Origin: Archaeoglobus fulgidus DSM 4304
GTDB lineage: Archaea > Halobacteriota > Archaeoglobi > Archaeoglobales > Archaeoglobaceae
Direction of reading: 5' to 3'
DNA: 32,000 nt
NCBI RefSeq assembly: GCF_000008665.1
Contig: NC_000917.1
Location: forward strand, 270,001-302,000
Shown in pieces: positions 1-8,917 of this stretch. The position numbers and the translations under genes were made by a program. The notes below the pieces were generated by a model, which saw only the letters and a program-made list of their open reading frames with translations, was not told the DNA's origin and made no database searches. How positions within the stretch are numbered: position 1 is the stretch's first letter; every line of letters begins with the position of its first letter.

Positions 1-330
1 GATGCCCTTTCAAACGTGGAAGTCAGGGATGGGATAGCATACATAACCTTTGAGAGCCCGTTTAACATAATCTCCAAAGTTGCAAGAAAAGCTGTCTGGG
101 AGCTTGGCTATGATGGGGCATTAGCTGTGAACGGAAACTTCCACAAAAAAGCTCAAGTGTACTTCAGAGTCTCTCCTGATATCGCTGAAAAGGTCAATAT
201 GCATAAAATCATTTCTAAACTCAGGGAAAAGGACTTCAATGCGGGTGGTAAAAAGGAGGTTTTGGGTTGTGTTTGTGAGAGGGATAGAGTTGAAGAGGTT
301 TTGGGGGTTATTGACGGTCATTTAGGTTGA
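1..330 (+). CDS. C-terminal part of a DHH/DHHA1-family phosphoesterase-like protein (5' end outside window)
   Basis: The ORF is open to the window start (..DALSNVEVRDGIAYITFESPF..) and ends in a GGKKEVLGCVCE segment resembling the GG-containing end of DHHA1 domains. Confidence 0.5.
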   Translation, partial: DALSNVEVRDGIAYITFESPFNIISKVARKAVWELGYDGALAVNGNFHKKAQVYFRVSPDIAEKVNMHKIISKLREKDFNAGGKKEVLGCVCERDRVEEVLGVIDGHLG

Positions 331-365
331 AATAGGGGAAGGGTTGGTTTTTAACCTTAGCTCAA

Positions 366-847
366 CTAAGTTTTCGAATTTAGACTTTTGACTCCGGGTC
401 TGCTTATAGAAATCTCAGCCACTTTTATGCCATTTAAATGGATTTCTATTGGCCTCTCTGTGTCAGGAATCACGTTATCTACTCTGAACCTCGCATTCTT
501 GGCTATTGGGTTGTCTTTGCGTTGCTCTCCGAAATAAGGGGAGGGTAAGACCCATTGCACCTCTTTGATTCCTTCTGCATCTTTACTGTTAGGTTAATCT
601 CTTTCTTTCTTCTCGGCAGAGCGAGAACACTTACAATCAGCCTTTCATATAACAGATTTGCATTTAGAGTGTCTATTCTGAAGAATTCCAGACCCTCAAG
701 TGGCGAGTAATTTGCGCTAACCTTCGGAAACACCTTTTCCTTGGCGATTATTCCGCTTCTTCTCATGAAGTAAAGAGCCTTTTGGTACCATAGATTGTTC
801 TCTCTACTACTCCCCAGCATTTGATCTAACTGTCCGAAGAACTCCAT
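366..847 (-). pseudogene. Decayed 3' fragment of a sulfotransferase-like gene (C-terminal module copy 1)
   Basis: ORFs 503..847 and 366..560 in two frames together match the C-terminus of the 7582..8724 ORF (IAKEKVFPKV..YFGEQRKDNPIAKNARFRVDNVIPDTERPIEIHLNGIKVAEI). Confidence 0.75.
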
Positions 848-885
848 TCACTCCTAAATAGACTAAGATATCCAATGAGATCGAG

Positions 886-1341
886 TCATTCAATAATAAC
901 AACATTGATATTTTCCTTAACTTGCTTAAAGTCTTCGTCCAACGTTAAGAAAGCATTGCAGTTGCCTTCGATCGCTGTGGTGATGTGGATCAAATCTCTA
1001 GGGAGCAAATTGTATTTTCTGATCAGCACACTCAGAGTTTCAACTTTTGGATGAGCTAGGGTATCTATGTTCAGACTCGAATACGTGCGGCATACACTTT
1101 CGTGGAGAGTGATGTAATGATCGTGCTTTTCTTTTACAAACTTTCTTACAGCGTTGCGCCCCCTACTTCCGTAGTATTTTTCGGCACTTATAGCTAAAAC
1201 AACGTAAAGAACCTCTCCATAAGATATGGCTGATGTGAAGCGTCTTTTACCAGCTATTAAAGATTTTATAGTCCGCCTTCTTTCTTCGCTACCGAGTAGC
1301 AGTTCTACGATAACGCTTGAATCAAGGTAGACTAAATCCAT
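886..1341 (-). CDS. PIN-domain (VapC-type) toxin
   Basis: MDLVYLDSSVIVELL N-terminus, C-terminal LLPRDLIHITTAIEGNCNAFLTLDEDF; overlaps an upstream antitoxin ORF. Confidence 0.85.
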   Translation of the reverse strand: MDLVYLDSSVIVELLLGSEERRRTIKSLIAGKRRFTSAISYGEVLYVVLAISAEKYYGSRGRNAVRKFVKEKHDHYITLHESVCRTYSSLNIDTLAHPKVETLSVLIRKYNLLPRDLIHITTAIEGNCNAFLTLDEDFKQVKENINVVIIE

Positions 1342-1532
1342 ACTTCATCTAGCAGTTCAAGGATTTTCTCTTTAGAAGCTTCCCCTGCTATTTTTTTAAC
1401 ATGCTCATGAATCCTATCAATCTCACTAAAATCTTCTATTAGTATTTTAAACCTGGAACCTTCAGGGAGATCAACCTTTTCGAGAGGCTTGAACATCCCA
1501 TTTTCGTATATTACTTCAATTACTCGGGGCAT
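1332..1532 (-). CDS. AF2212-like (DUF104) antitoxin
   Basis: MPRVIEVIYENGMFKPLEKVDLPEGSRFKILIED is the family signature; 10-nt overlap with the PIN gene. Confidence 0.88.
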   Translation of the reverse strand: MPRVIEVIYENGMFKPLEKVDLPEGSRFKILIEDFSEIDRIHEHVKKIAGEASKEKILELLDEVWI

Positions 1533-1737
1533 AGAATTTGATTAATTCAAAAACTTAAATCTCTTTCGTCTCACTTCTCCTTATCACTATTTCATTTTTT
1601 CACCGTTCGAAATGACTCAAGCTCTCTGGAATCGGGCAATGCTATCTACTCTGAACCTTGCTTTTTTGGTACTCTCAAAAGTCCTCTCTCCCCTCGAAAT
1701 CTGATCTAAAAACCCTTTATCCCGAACAGAGCAAAAT

Positions 1738-2064
1738 TCAAAGCAACCTTAGCTTGAGCTCGGAAACATTGGCTATATCCTTAAAATCGCTGTCCTTCGT
1801 TATCAACTCTTCGTTTCTGTTTATGCAGATTGAAGCTATGAGCAAATCTGCGAATGTTTTAGCTTTGCCCAATTTCACGAGTCTGCTCTGAATTTTATGC
1901 GCCAGTACAAAATCTTCGATGTCTGGGAAAAGGATTTTGCCGTAAAATTCTTTGTAAAACACAATCCTCGGATACTCCACAAACGTAACTGCAGTTATGT
2001 TTTCTCCTATTTTCTCCTTCCTTTTCACCTTTTCAATGACGACACTCGTGTCTAGTACAACCAT
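1738..2064 (-). CDS. PIN-domain toxin
   Basis: MVVLDTSVVIEKV ... FADLLIASICINRNEELITKDSDFKDIA. Confidence 0.85.
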   Translation of the reverse strand: MVVLDTSVVIEKVKRKEKIGENITAVTFVEYPRIVFYKEFYGKILFPDIEDFVLAHKIQSRLVKLGKAKTFADLLIASICINRNEELITKDSDFKDIANVSELKLRLL

Positions 2065-2273
2065 TTTAACCTTTCCTTTTCCTTTTCCCTTAGTTTCTCT
2101 ACACCTTCAACATCAAGCTCATCTGTTAAATCCTCGGATTTTATCCCCAGCATCTTTCTTACCTCTTCAATTGACAGTTCTCTAGTAGCTTTAAATACAG
2201 CCTGGAGTATCGCATTTCTGAGCTTTTCCTCGTCCATCCACTCGGGGATATCAATTACTAATTGTTTGGACAT
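2052..2273 (-). CDS. Putative antitoxin paired with the 1738..2064 PIN toxin
   Basis: 73-aa charged protein, 13-nt overlap with the PIN gene. Confidence 0.7.
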   Translation of the reverse strand: MSKQLVIDIPEWMDEEKLRNAILQAVFKATRELSIEEVRKMLGIKSEDLTDELDVEGVEKLREKEKERLKWLY

Positions 2274-2300
2274 GTTTTAATTTCTACTCTGAAACTTAAA

Positions 2301-2558
2301 TCAATTTCGTCTTCTTATCGCTATTTCAGCAACCTTCTTCTCATTAACGTAGACCTCTATCGGCTTCTCAAGATCCGGAACCACGTTATCTACTCTGAAC
2401 CTTGCGTTCTTGGCTATCGGGTTGTCTTTGCGTTGCTCTCCGAAATAAGAGGAAGGTAACCCCACTTCACTCCTTAGTTTAGGAATTTCTTTAGCACCTT
2501 GTTTTGGTAAAAAAAACCAAGCCTTCCGCAATTGGTCTGCTACTCGGCAGATTGGCAT
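2301..2558 (-). pseudogene. Sulfotransferase C-terminal module fragment (copy 3)
   Basis: YFGEQRKDNPIAKNARFRVDNVVPDLEKPIEVYVNEKKVAEIAI matches the C-terminus of the 7582..8724 ORF. Confidence 0.75.
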
Positions 2559-2674
2559 GCAGAATATCGACTCTGAAAATCAACGTGCTCTTTCAAGGAC
2601 AGCTTATCTTAATTTGCAGGTAACGGAGAGGTTTTGAAGCATAAGTTTATAACCATGGAGAACATATATTCCAT

Positions 2675-2899
2675 ATGGAAGTGCAAGTGCTGGAAGCGGG
2701 AAAAATTATAAGTCCGAATGAAAAAGTAATTGTTTGGAGAATAGGAGACTACTTCTTGATAAAAAAAATAGAGGGAAAAAAGACCTTGGAAAGAATTGGC
2801 GAGATCAGGAAGAAATTAGAAGATAGAGATATGCTACTGTCAGAGGAGGAGGTAGTTAAGACTGTCAAGGAGGTTAGAGAAGAGTGGAAAAGGTTGTAA
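2675..2899 (+). CDS. Putative antitoxin upstream of a PIN toxin
   Basis: 74-aa ORF, 16-nt overlap with the downstream PIN gene. Confidence 0.7.
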   Translation: MEVQVLEAGKIISPNEKVIVWRIGDYFLIKKIEGKKTLERIGEIRKKLEDRDMLLSEEEVVKTVKEVREEWKRL

Positions 2900-3357
2900 T
2901 AGATACTTCAGTAATCGCGGCAGCATTGATATCGAAAAAAGGAGGCTCATATAAATTGATCTCACATCTTATTGATAACAAACTGGAAAACCACGTCTCC
3001 AGGGAGATTCTGGACGAGTATTTTCGAGTTCTCATAACCAAATTAACCGAGTTCTTCCCTGTTGAAGTTCTTTTAGAGTTTTACGTCCTTTTGGAAAGTA
3101 AATCTAAAACCATAAATCCAAACGAGCAATTTGATATATGCAGAGATAAGGAAGATAACAAGTTTTTGAATACAGTATATGCTTCAAAAGCGAACTTCCT
3201 GATAACTCTCGATAATGATCTACTCGATCTAAGAGATGAGAATTGGGAATACCAAATTAAAGAACACAAATTTAAGATTTTGAAGCCGGAAGAGTTCTTG
3301 AAAATGGTAGAAAGCTCAATGAGAAATTCCCCGAAGCATTTCCGAAAAACTCGATGA
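2884..3357 (+). CDS. PIN-family toxin component (COG1569-like)
   Basis: MEKVVIDTSVIAAALISKKGGSYKLI ... DREDNKFLNTVYASKANFLITLDNDLLDL-type PIN pattern. Confidence 0.88.
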   Translation: MEKVVIDTSVIAAALISKKGGSYKLISHLIDNKLENHVSREILDEYFRVLITKLTEFFPVEVLLEFYVLLESKSKTINPNEQFDICRDKEDNKFLNTVYASKANFLITLDNDLLDLRDENWEYQIKEHKFKILKPEEFLKMVESSMRNSPKHFRKTR

Positions 3358-3716
3358 TAAAAAGTTGTGTTGCTCCAACCAACAGATCACCTCTGGTTAA
3401 CCCCCTCTCTGCTTTTTTACGACTTCTTTGAGGATCTCTGCAAATCTTTGTGCTCCTTGAACCACCTGAGATATTTGCGACCATTCTCTTCTTAGTAATA
3501 GAGGTCATCAAAATTCATCATAAATGCCTTTTTGTCACTTTCGTCTCAGCTTTTCTTATCACTATTTCAGCCACCTTCTTTTCGTTGAGGTAGACCTCTA
3601 TCGGTTTCTCCGGATCTGGAGCGTCCATTATGGGTTATTAAGGGCACCAGAATTTCCGTTTATGACATATTAGAAGCTTTAAAAAGTGGATGGACCATTG
3701 AAGATCTCCCTTGAAA

Positions 3717-4094
3717 CTATCTGTTCTTGTTTACAGCGTTTTTGGCTTTCTGCACAAAAATTTCTGCATCTTTTAGAATTTTGATAGCCAAATCCTTCGA
3801 AACTTCTTTGTATATTCCGTAGTCACTTTCCTCCCGCAGATCAAACGCTCTGCTCAGCTTTGAACAATCATCATCACTTAATCCCAGCTCTTCTCTACAC
3901 TCCCAAATAAGGTATATTGTTCCTCTGTGAGTTTTTGAATCCCTTCCATAACCGAGAAGCATAGCCTTAGCGGCGTGAAACATCGCATAATATGCTGTGC
4001 TGCAGCACCTTTCGTAAAGCCCCATCTCAAATTCCTTTTTCGCATCTTGAACAAGCTTCTCAGCTTTTCTGATTCTCAATTCTAGTTCATCCAA
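3717..4094 (-). CDS. HEPN-domain protein, likely toxin of a HEPN/MNT pair
   Basis: Helical ORF with RCCSTAYYAMFHAAKAMLLGYG and LREESDYG; overlaps the upstream nucleotidyltransferase. Confidence 0.85.
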   Translation of the reverse strand: MDELELRIRKAEKLVQDAKKEFEMGLYERCCSTAYYAMFHAAKAMLLGYGRDSKTHRGTIYLIWECREELGLSDDDCSKLSRAFDLREESDYGIYKEVSKDLAIKILKDAEIFVQKAKNAVNKNR

Positions 4095-4395
4095 TCTTTA
4101 TTCCCTCCTTTTCAATGGAAGAAATGAGAGAGAATTCCATTTTTTTCATGTTCTCAAAGGTTTTTTTGTCTATAATCTTCACAGATATCAACCTCCCAAT
4201 TTTTGGAATAAAGGAGTATGCTGCTTTCCTTAAGTCATCTTCTACACTATCGTCATTCACAACTACAAGTATATCTATGTCGCTATCTTCATCGAGATCT
4301 CCTCTTGCATAGGACCCGAAAACTATTATCTCTATTATTTCATCCTTGAATTTTTCCTTAAGTTCCCTCGAAAGCTCTAAGAGTTTTTCGTGCAT
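4087..4395 (-). CDS. MNT-type minimal nucleotidyltransferase
   Basis: VFGSYARGDLDEDSDIDILVVV = GSx10DxD motif. Confidence 0.9.
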   Translation of the reverse strand: MHEKLLELSRELKEKFKDEIIEIIVFGSYARGDLDEDSDIDILVVVNDDSVEDDLRKAAYSFIPKIGRLISVKIIDKKTFENMKKMEFSLISSIEKEGIKIG

Positions 4396-4603
4396 TTAAC
4401 TCCTATTACTTATAAAAGCTTAAATTCCTTTCGTCTCGAATTTTTGAACTTTTGATGAAATTCGAAAATTTGAATTGTATTAGCGATTTGGGGTATTCGA
4501 GGGCGTTGCTCTCCGAAATAAGGGTAGGGTAAGCCCCATTGCACCTCTTTTATTCCCTCGGCCGCCTCAAGCTCTTTTGAAATTGTGAAAATTGTGGACC
4601 ACT

Positions 4604-4985
4604 TTAGATAGATCCGTCAATGACCTGCTCTGGAAGAGCCCTTCCTGCATCTGTCCTGTCAAAATCTGAATTGAAACTTACTATTTCTAAATTGTACTTT
4701 TTAGCCAGTGCATACTGATAGGCATCATCAAAGTCTAATTTATACTTCTTTGACACCTTAACGACTTCTTCAAAATCAAAGAGTGATAGGGATTATCCCA
4801 CCTCTTACAAAAACATCTTCTACGAACTCTAAGAGTACATCCTCTGCCTGAACAGAATGATCCCGATAGAAAATACAGAAAAATCTGAGACTTGCAAGTG
4901 TTCTGCTGGGATTTCTTTCAGAAATTTCTCTGCCTCGTCAGCCTATCTTGTTCAAGAAGTATTTCCGAGATATGTTCGTATCGAT
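4604..4985 (-). pseudogene. Decayed PIN-domain toxin
   Basis: My minus-strand translation gives, in three frames, MYLIDTNI / EILLEQDR / DEAEKFLKEIPAEHLQVSDFSVFSIGIILFRQRM... / SKKYKLDFDDAYQYALAKKYNLEIVSFNSDFDRTDAGRALPEQVIDGS. Multiple frameshifts are needed to join them. Confidence 0.8.
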
Positions 4986-4994
4986 TAAATACAT

Positions 4995-5213
4995 TCAGCC
5001 CCACCATTCGAGGACCTTGTGCTGCAGCTCCACAGAGGTGTATTTGTCTCTCAGCTCTTTCAGTGCGCCTTTCCAAGATAAACTAAGGTGACTCTTCTCC
5101 CTCTTCGCTCTCCTTTCCAGCAGGAACTCTATGTAGTCGAGAACTTCTCTCTTGAGTTCATCGGGCAACTTTTGAAAGAGTTCATAACTTTTGTCCATTT
5201 CGATGCACCTCAA
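4995..5213 (-). CDS. DUF2281-like antitoxin
   Basis: ELFQKLPDELKREVLDYIEFLLERRAKR; sits directly upstream of the decayed PIN gene. Confidence 0.75.
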   Translation of the reverse strand: MRCIEMDKSYELFQKLPDELKREVLDYIEFLLERRAKREKSHLSLSWKGALKELRDKYTSVELQHKVLEWWG

Positions 5214-5414
5214 TCAGTCTATAGTTAATATGGTTCTAAATCTTTGTTTTGAGTTCATTTATCTTTTAATTGCGATTTCGGCAACCTTCTTCTCCAGACC
5301 GGGACAACGTTATTCCTAGATATTGCTTTTCGAGGTGATGAGAGGTGGAAAGGGAGGTTTTTGGGGTTGTGGATTTAAGAAGAAAGATATAAATTTAATA
5401 AACCAATTTAAAGT

Positions 5415-6389
5415 GTGAAGGTTTCAATCATAGGCTGTGGATACGTTGGATTAGTGACCGGACTTGGTTTCGCAGAACTCGGCAACCCAGTAGTTTTTGT
5501 CGATTCGAATGGAAGCAAAATCAAATCAATAAACGATCTTATCCCTCCAATTTACGAGCCCGGCTTGGAGGAGCTAATAAAAAAGAATGAGGGAAAATTT
5601 TACGCCACAAATGATTATTTTGAGGCATTAGACAATTCTGAGGTGTCTTTCATATGCGTTGGAACGCCCTCAAAAGAGGATGGTTCTCTTGATCTCAGGC
5701 AAGTAGAAGAGGCTTCAAGTAAACTGGGGAAAGCACTGGCTGAAAAGGAATTTCATGTTATCGTCGTTAAGAGCACGGTTTTGCCTGGAACGACTGAGAA
5801 CTTCGTGAAGCCGATAATCGAAAAAGAATCTGGCAAAAAAGCGTTTGACGATTTTGGTTTAGCTATGAATCCCGAATTCTTGAGGGAAGGCAACGCAGTT
5901 GAAGACTTCTTCAATCCGGATAGAATAGTGATTGGTGTTAAGGATGAAAGGACCAAATCTGTCTTAGAGGAATTGTATAAACCTTTCGATTGCCCAAAGC
6001 TTATTACAGAGATAAAAACCGCTGAAATGATAAAGTACGCTTCTAACGCCTTCTTAGCTACGAAGATAAGCTTCGCCAACGAGATAGGAAACATATGCAA
6101 GAAGCTTGGGATTGATGTTTACAAGGTGTTTGAGGGTGTTGGTTTGGACCACAGAATAAATCCATCATTTTTCAGAGCTGGGATTGGATTCGGGGGGAGC
6201 TGTTTTCCTAAGGATGTTAGAGCTTTGATTAGGAAGTCTGAAGAACTCGGTGAAGACCTACAGATACTAAAAGCCGTTATCGAAGTTAACGAGAAACAGC
6301 CGTTGAAGATGATCGAGCTTCTGAAGAAGCACATTCCCGACTTAAGGGGAAAGATTAGTGTTTTTTGTCCATTTCTGGGTCTTAAGTAA
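5415..6389 (+). CDS. UDP-glucose/UDP-ManNAc-family 6-dehydrogenase, C-terminally truncated
   Basis: MKVSIIGCGYVGLVTGLGFAELG, GTPSKEDGSLDL, EFLREGNAVEDFFNPDRIVIG, GIGFGGSCFPKDVRAL. Ends at 324 aa inside the expected UDP-binding domain. Confidence 0.88.
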   Translation: MKVSIIGCGYVGLVTGLGFAELGNPVVFVDSNGSKIKSINDLIPPIYEPGLEELIKKNEGKFYATNDYFEALDNSEVSFICVGTPSKEDGSLDLRQVEEASSKLGKALAEKEFHVIVVKSTVLPGTTENFVKPIIEKESGKKAFDDFGLAMNPEFLREGNAVEDFFNPDRIVIGVKDERTKSVLEELYKPFDCPKLITEIKTAEMIKYASNAFLATKISFANEIGNICKKLGIDVYKVFEGVGLDHRINPSFFRAGIGFGGSCFPKDVRALIRKSEELGEDLQILKAVIEVNEKQPLKMIELLKKHIPDLRGKISVFCPFLGLK

Positions 6390-7551
6390 ACCGCCGTTTT
6401 ATTCTCCGAATCCTGAATATCCTCTCCATAATTACGATACTTATCTAATTTACATAAAAACTGCATTGTTTTATCCTTTACACAAATTTTCCTGCTTTTT
6501 ATGCGTTTTGGGTAGCGAGGTTATAAGAGATCAACAAACAGTGCTTCTTTTCGGGATCTTAATTTTCTCGATATTTGTAGCTCTGATAGCGATCAATAGA
6601 AAAAATCTTGAATTAGATAGATTCGCAAAGTGGTATGGATTGCTCGCATTTGGCGTCTTAACTTCCCTCGAACTGGTTGTAACAAGGTCAGGCGACATAG
6701 CAAACTATTTTGGACCTCCAGAGAAAATTTTCTTTCTACCATCCTACCGCCATTACCCTGTAGTTTTTCTCCCGCTGATATGCGTTTACAGTCTTTCCAT
6801 TTTATACTCTACTCTCAGCGAGGAAAATAAAGGTATGATTAAGACTTCGGCTAATGCCTTTCTAAAAACCATGCTCTTCACCCTTCTCATTTGCAGTTTC
6901 ATCTTGAACTTTTTCCCAGGGATTAAAACAGGAGAACACAACTTTGTTAGTATGAGCGAAAGATCAGCAATACTGAAAACTTACGATGTTCAACCAGATG
7001 AGAACTTAAAAAAACTGCATCTTAATCCAGAAATTGTTAAAAAAAGGGCTAAAAAACTTGAAGAACTGAGACTCAGTGTTTTTGCTGAAAACAATATTTT
7101 GCTATACAAGCCCGACGAAGTTAAGCTCCTGCCAAAGCAATCTCAGCTCCAGGGAGTTTTAAGAATTTATAACGATGTAAAATTCGTTCTTTTCCAGCAT
7201 CCAATCTCAAATGAAAATCGCTCAATTATCGTTTTCAATGAAATTTACATTCCCCAAAACGCAAAACTCAGGTTCAGCATTGCATTACATCCTGATGTCT
7301 GGGATCCAGAAAAAGGAGACGGTGTAACCTTCGAGGTTTACATAAGAGACGAAGGATTCGAGGAGCTCGTTTTCTCTAAGTACATAGATCCCAAGCACAA
7401 TCCAGAAGAAAGGAAGTGGAACGACTTCGAGGTCGATCTGAGCAGATATGCTGGCAGAAACGTAACCATAATTTTCTCTACGCTTCCAGGCCCCAACAAC
7501 GATTCGAGGTGGGATTGGGCATGGTGGGGTGAGCCGAGGATTGAATGGTAA
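6358..7551 (+). CDS. Membrane protein with extracytoplasmic beta-rich C-terminal region; N-terminus uncertain
   Basis: Long ORF with several hydrophobic segments and a C-terminal segment VTFEVYIRDEGFEELVFSKYIDP...VDLSRYAGRNVTIIF resembling carbohydrate-binding/lectin-like folds. Confidence 0.6.
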   Translation: MFFVHFWVLSKPPFYSPNPEYPLHNYDTYLIYIKTALFYPLHKFSCFLCVLGSEVIRDQQTVLLFGILIFSIFVALIAINRKNLELDRFAKWYGLLAFGVLTSLELVVTRSGDIANYFGPPEKIFFLPSYRHYPVVFLPLICVYSLSILYSTLSEENKGMIKTSANAFLKTMLFTLLICSFILNFFPGIKTGEHNFVSMSERSAILKTYDVQPDENLKKLHLNPEIVKKRAKKLEELRLSVFAENNILLYKPDEVKLLPKQSQLQGVLRIYNDVKFVLFQHPISNENRSIIVFNEIYIPQNAKLRFSIALHPDVWDPEKGDGVTFEVYIRDEGFEELVFSKYIDPKHNPEERKWNDFEVDLSRYAGRNVTIIFSTLPGPNNDSRWDWAWWGEPRIEW

Positions 7552-8707
7552 GAAAGATCTACGAAGATTAAAGTTTTAACTTCAGCCTCGGCTCCCGTCT
7601 ATAATGATTTCAGCCACTTTTTCACCGTTCAAAAATACTTCTATCGGCTTCTCCAGATCCGGAACTACGTTATCTACTCTGAACCTCGCATTTTTGGCTA
7701 TTGGGTTATCGGGGTGTAGTTCTCCGAAAATGGGGGAAGGTAAGCCCCACTGGATTTCCTTTATACCTTCTGCGTCTTTTACAGTTAGCTTGACACCTTC
7801 AGCATTCTTTGGCAGTAGCAATCCACTGAGGATTAATCTGCCGTTGAGAAGGTTAGCCTGCAAAACATCGATCCTGAAAAACTCAAGATTTGCTTCAGGC
7901 AAGTAGTTAACGTTCACCTTTGGGAATATCTTTTCCTTCGCCATGATCCCCTCACGTTTCATAAACTCAAGAACTTTTTGATACCTCTCCTCAATCGCCC
8001 TCTCTATAACTTCCCTCGGAATCTGATCCTGCTGTCTGTAGAACTCTATCTCCTCTTCGCTCAATACAAACTGATTTTTGGTGCCAAAGTACTCCCTGAA
8101 CAGCTTTTCGTTGGATTCCCTGAACTGCTCTAGGAATTTTATTCTTTCTTCGAGTGTAAAGAAGGTCTTAAGGATGCTGCCCTCTCTTCTGTCGAGTTCG
8201 AGGAGGTAGTTTACGACTTTCCAACGATCCTGCGGAGACAAATTGAGCTCCTCGTTTATTCTCCTCATAACCAGTGTTGAAAGGTGGCTCAGCGATGGGT
8301 TAGCTTCGATCTTGTATTCTCTTGCTTCTGGCATGTCTATACCCAAAGCTTGCAGAAAGTCGAGAATAACGTTGCCTTCCGGGAATAGTTTTCGGTCGTA
8401 GATTCTTACGATGATTTCTGCTTCTGGGAAGGCTTGTTTCCAATTAGATAACTTAGAATAATAATCAAAATACTTTATTTTGAATTTTTCAGTGCTTCTA
8501 TTAAATGGGCTTTTAACCGCTTGTTTGTATCCTGATTCCAGCCATAAATCTTGTCTGCGTAAATAGCAGACTATTTTGGATACTCTGATATTTAAAAATT
8601 TTCTAAATTTAAGTATTTCATTTATATTTAAATTCAAAAAAGCCTCTGAACTTACAATCACTTTTTTTGGATTGTATTCCCGAATCTGGTTTTGGGACAA
8701 AATTCCT

Positions 8708-8881
8708 TTAATCCCTGACAACAATCACATACGCTCTCCACCCAATATACCTCTTGGGCACATCAACCTTTGCTGAATTACCGAAAGGCGTGACTCTCTT
8801 CTCGAAAACAACCTCAACCTCCTCTTTCAGAACAAAATCTCCCTTCTTCACTTCAACCCTCCTCATGTTAAGTATATCCAT
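8708..8881 (-). CDS. DUF2080-family transposase-associated protein (IS ORF1)
   Basis: MDILNMRRVEVKKGDFVLKEEVEVVFEKRVTPFGNSAKVDVPKRYIGWRAYVIVVRD; divergently oriented to the transposase inside the IS. Confidence 0.82.
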   Translation of the reverse strand: MDILNMRRVEVKKGDFVLKEEVEVVFEKRVTPFGNSAKVDVPKRYIGWRAYVIVVRD

Positions 8882-8917
8882 AGAAATACTTAAATACTTT
8901 TTGGTTGGAATCAGAAC

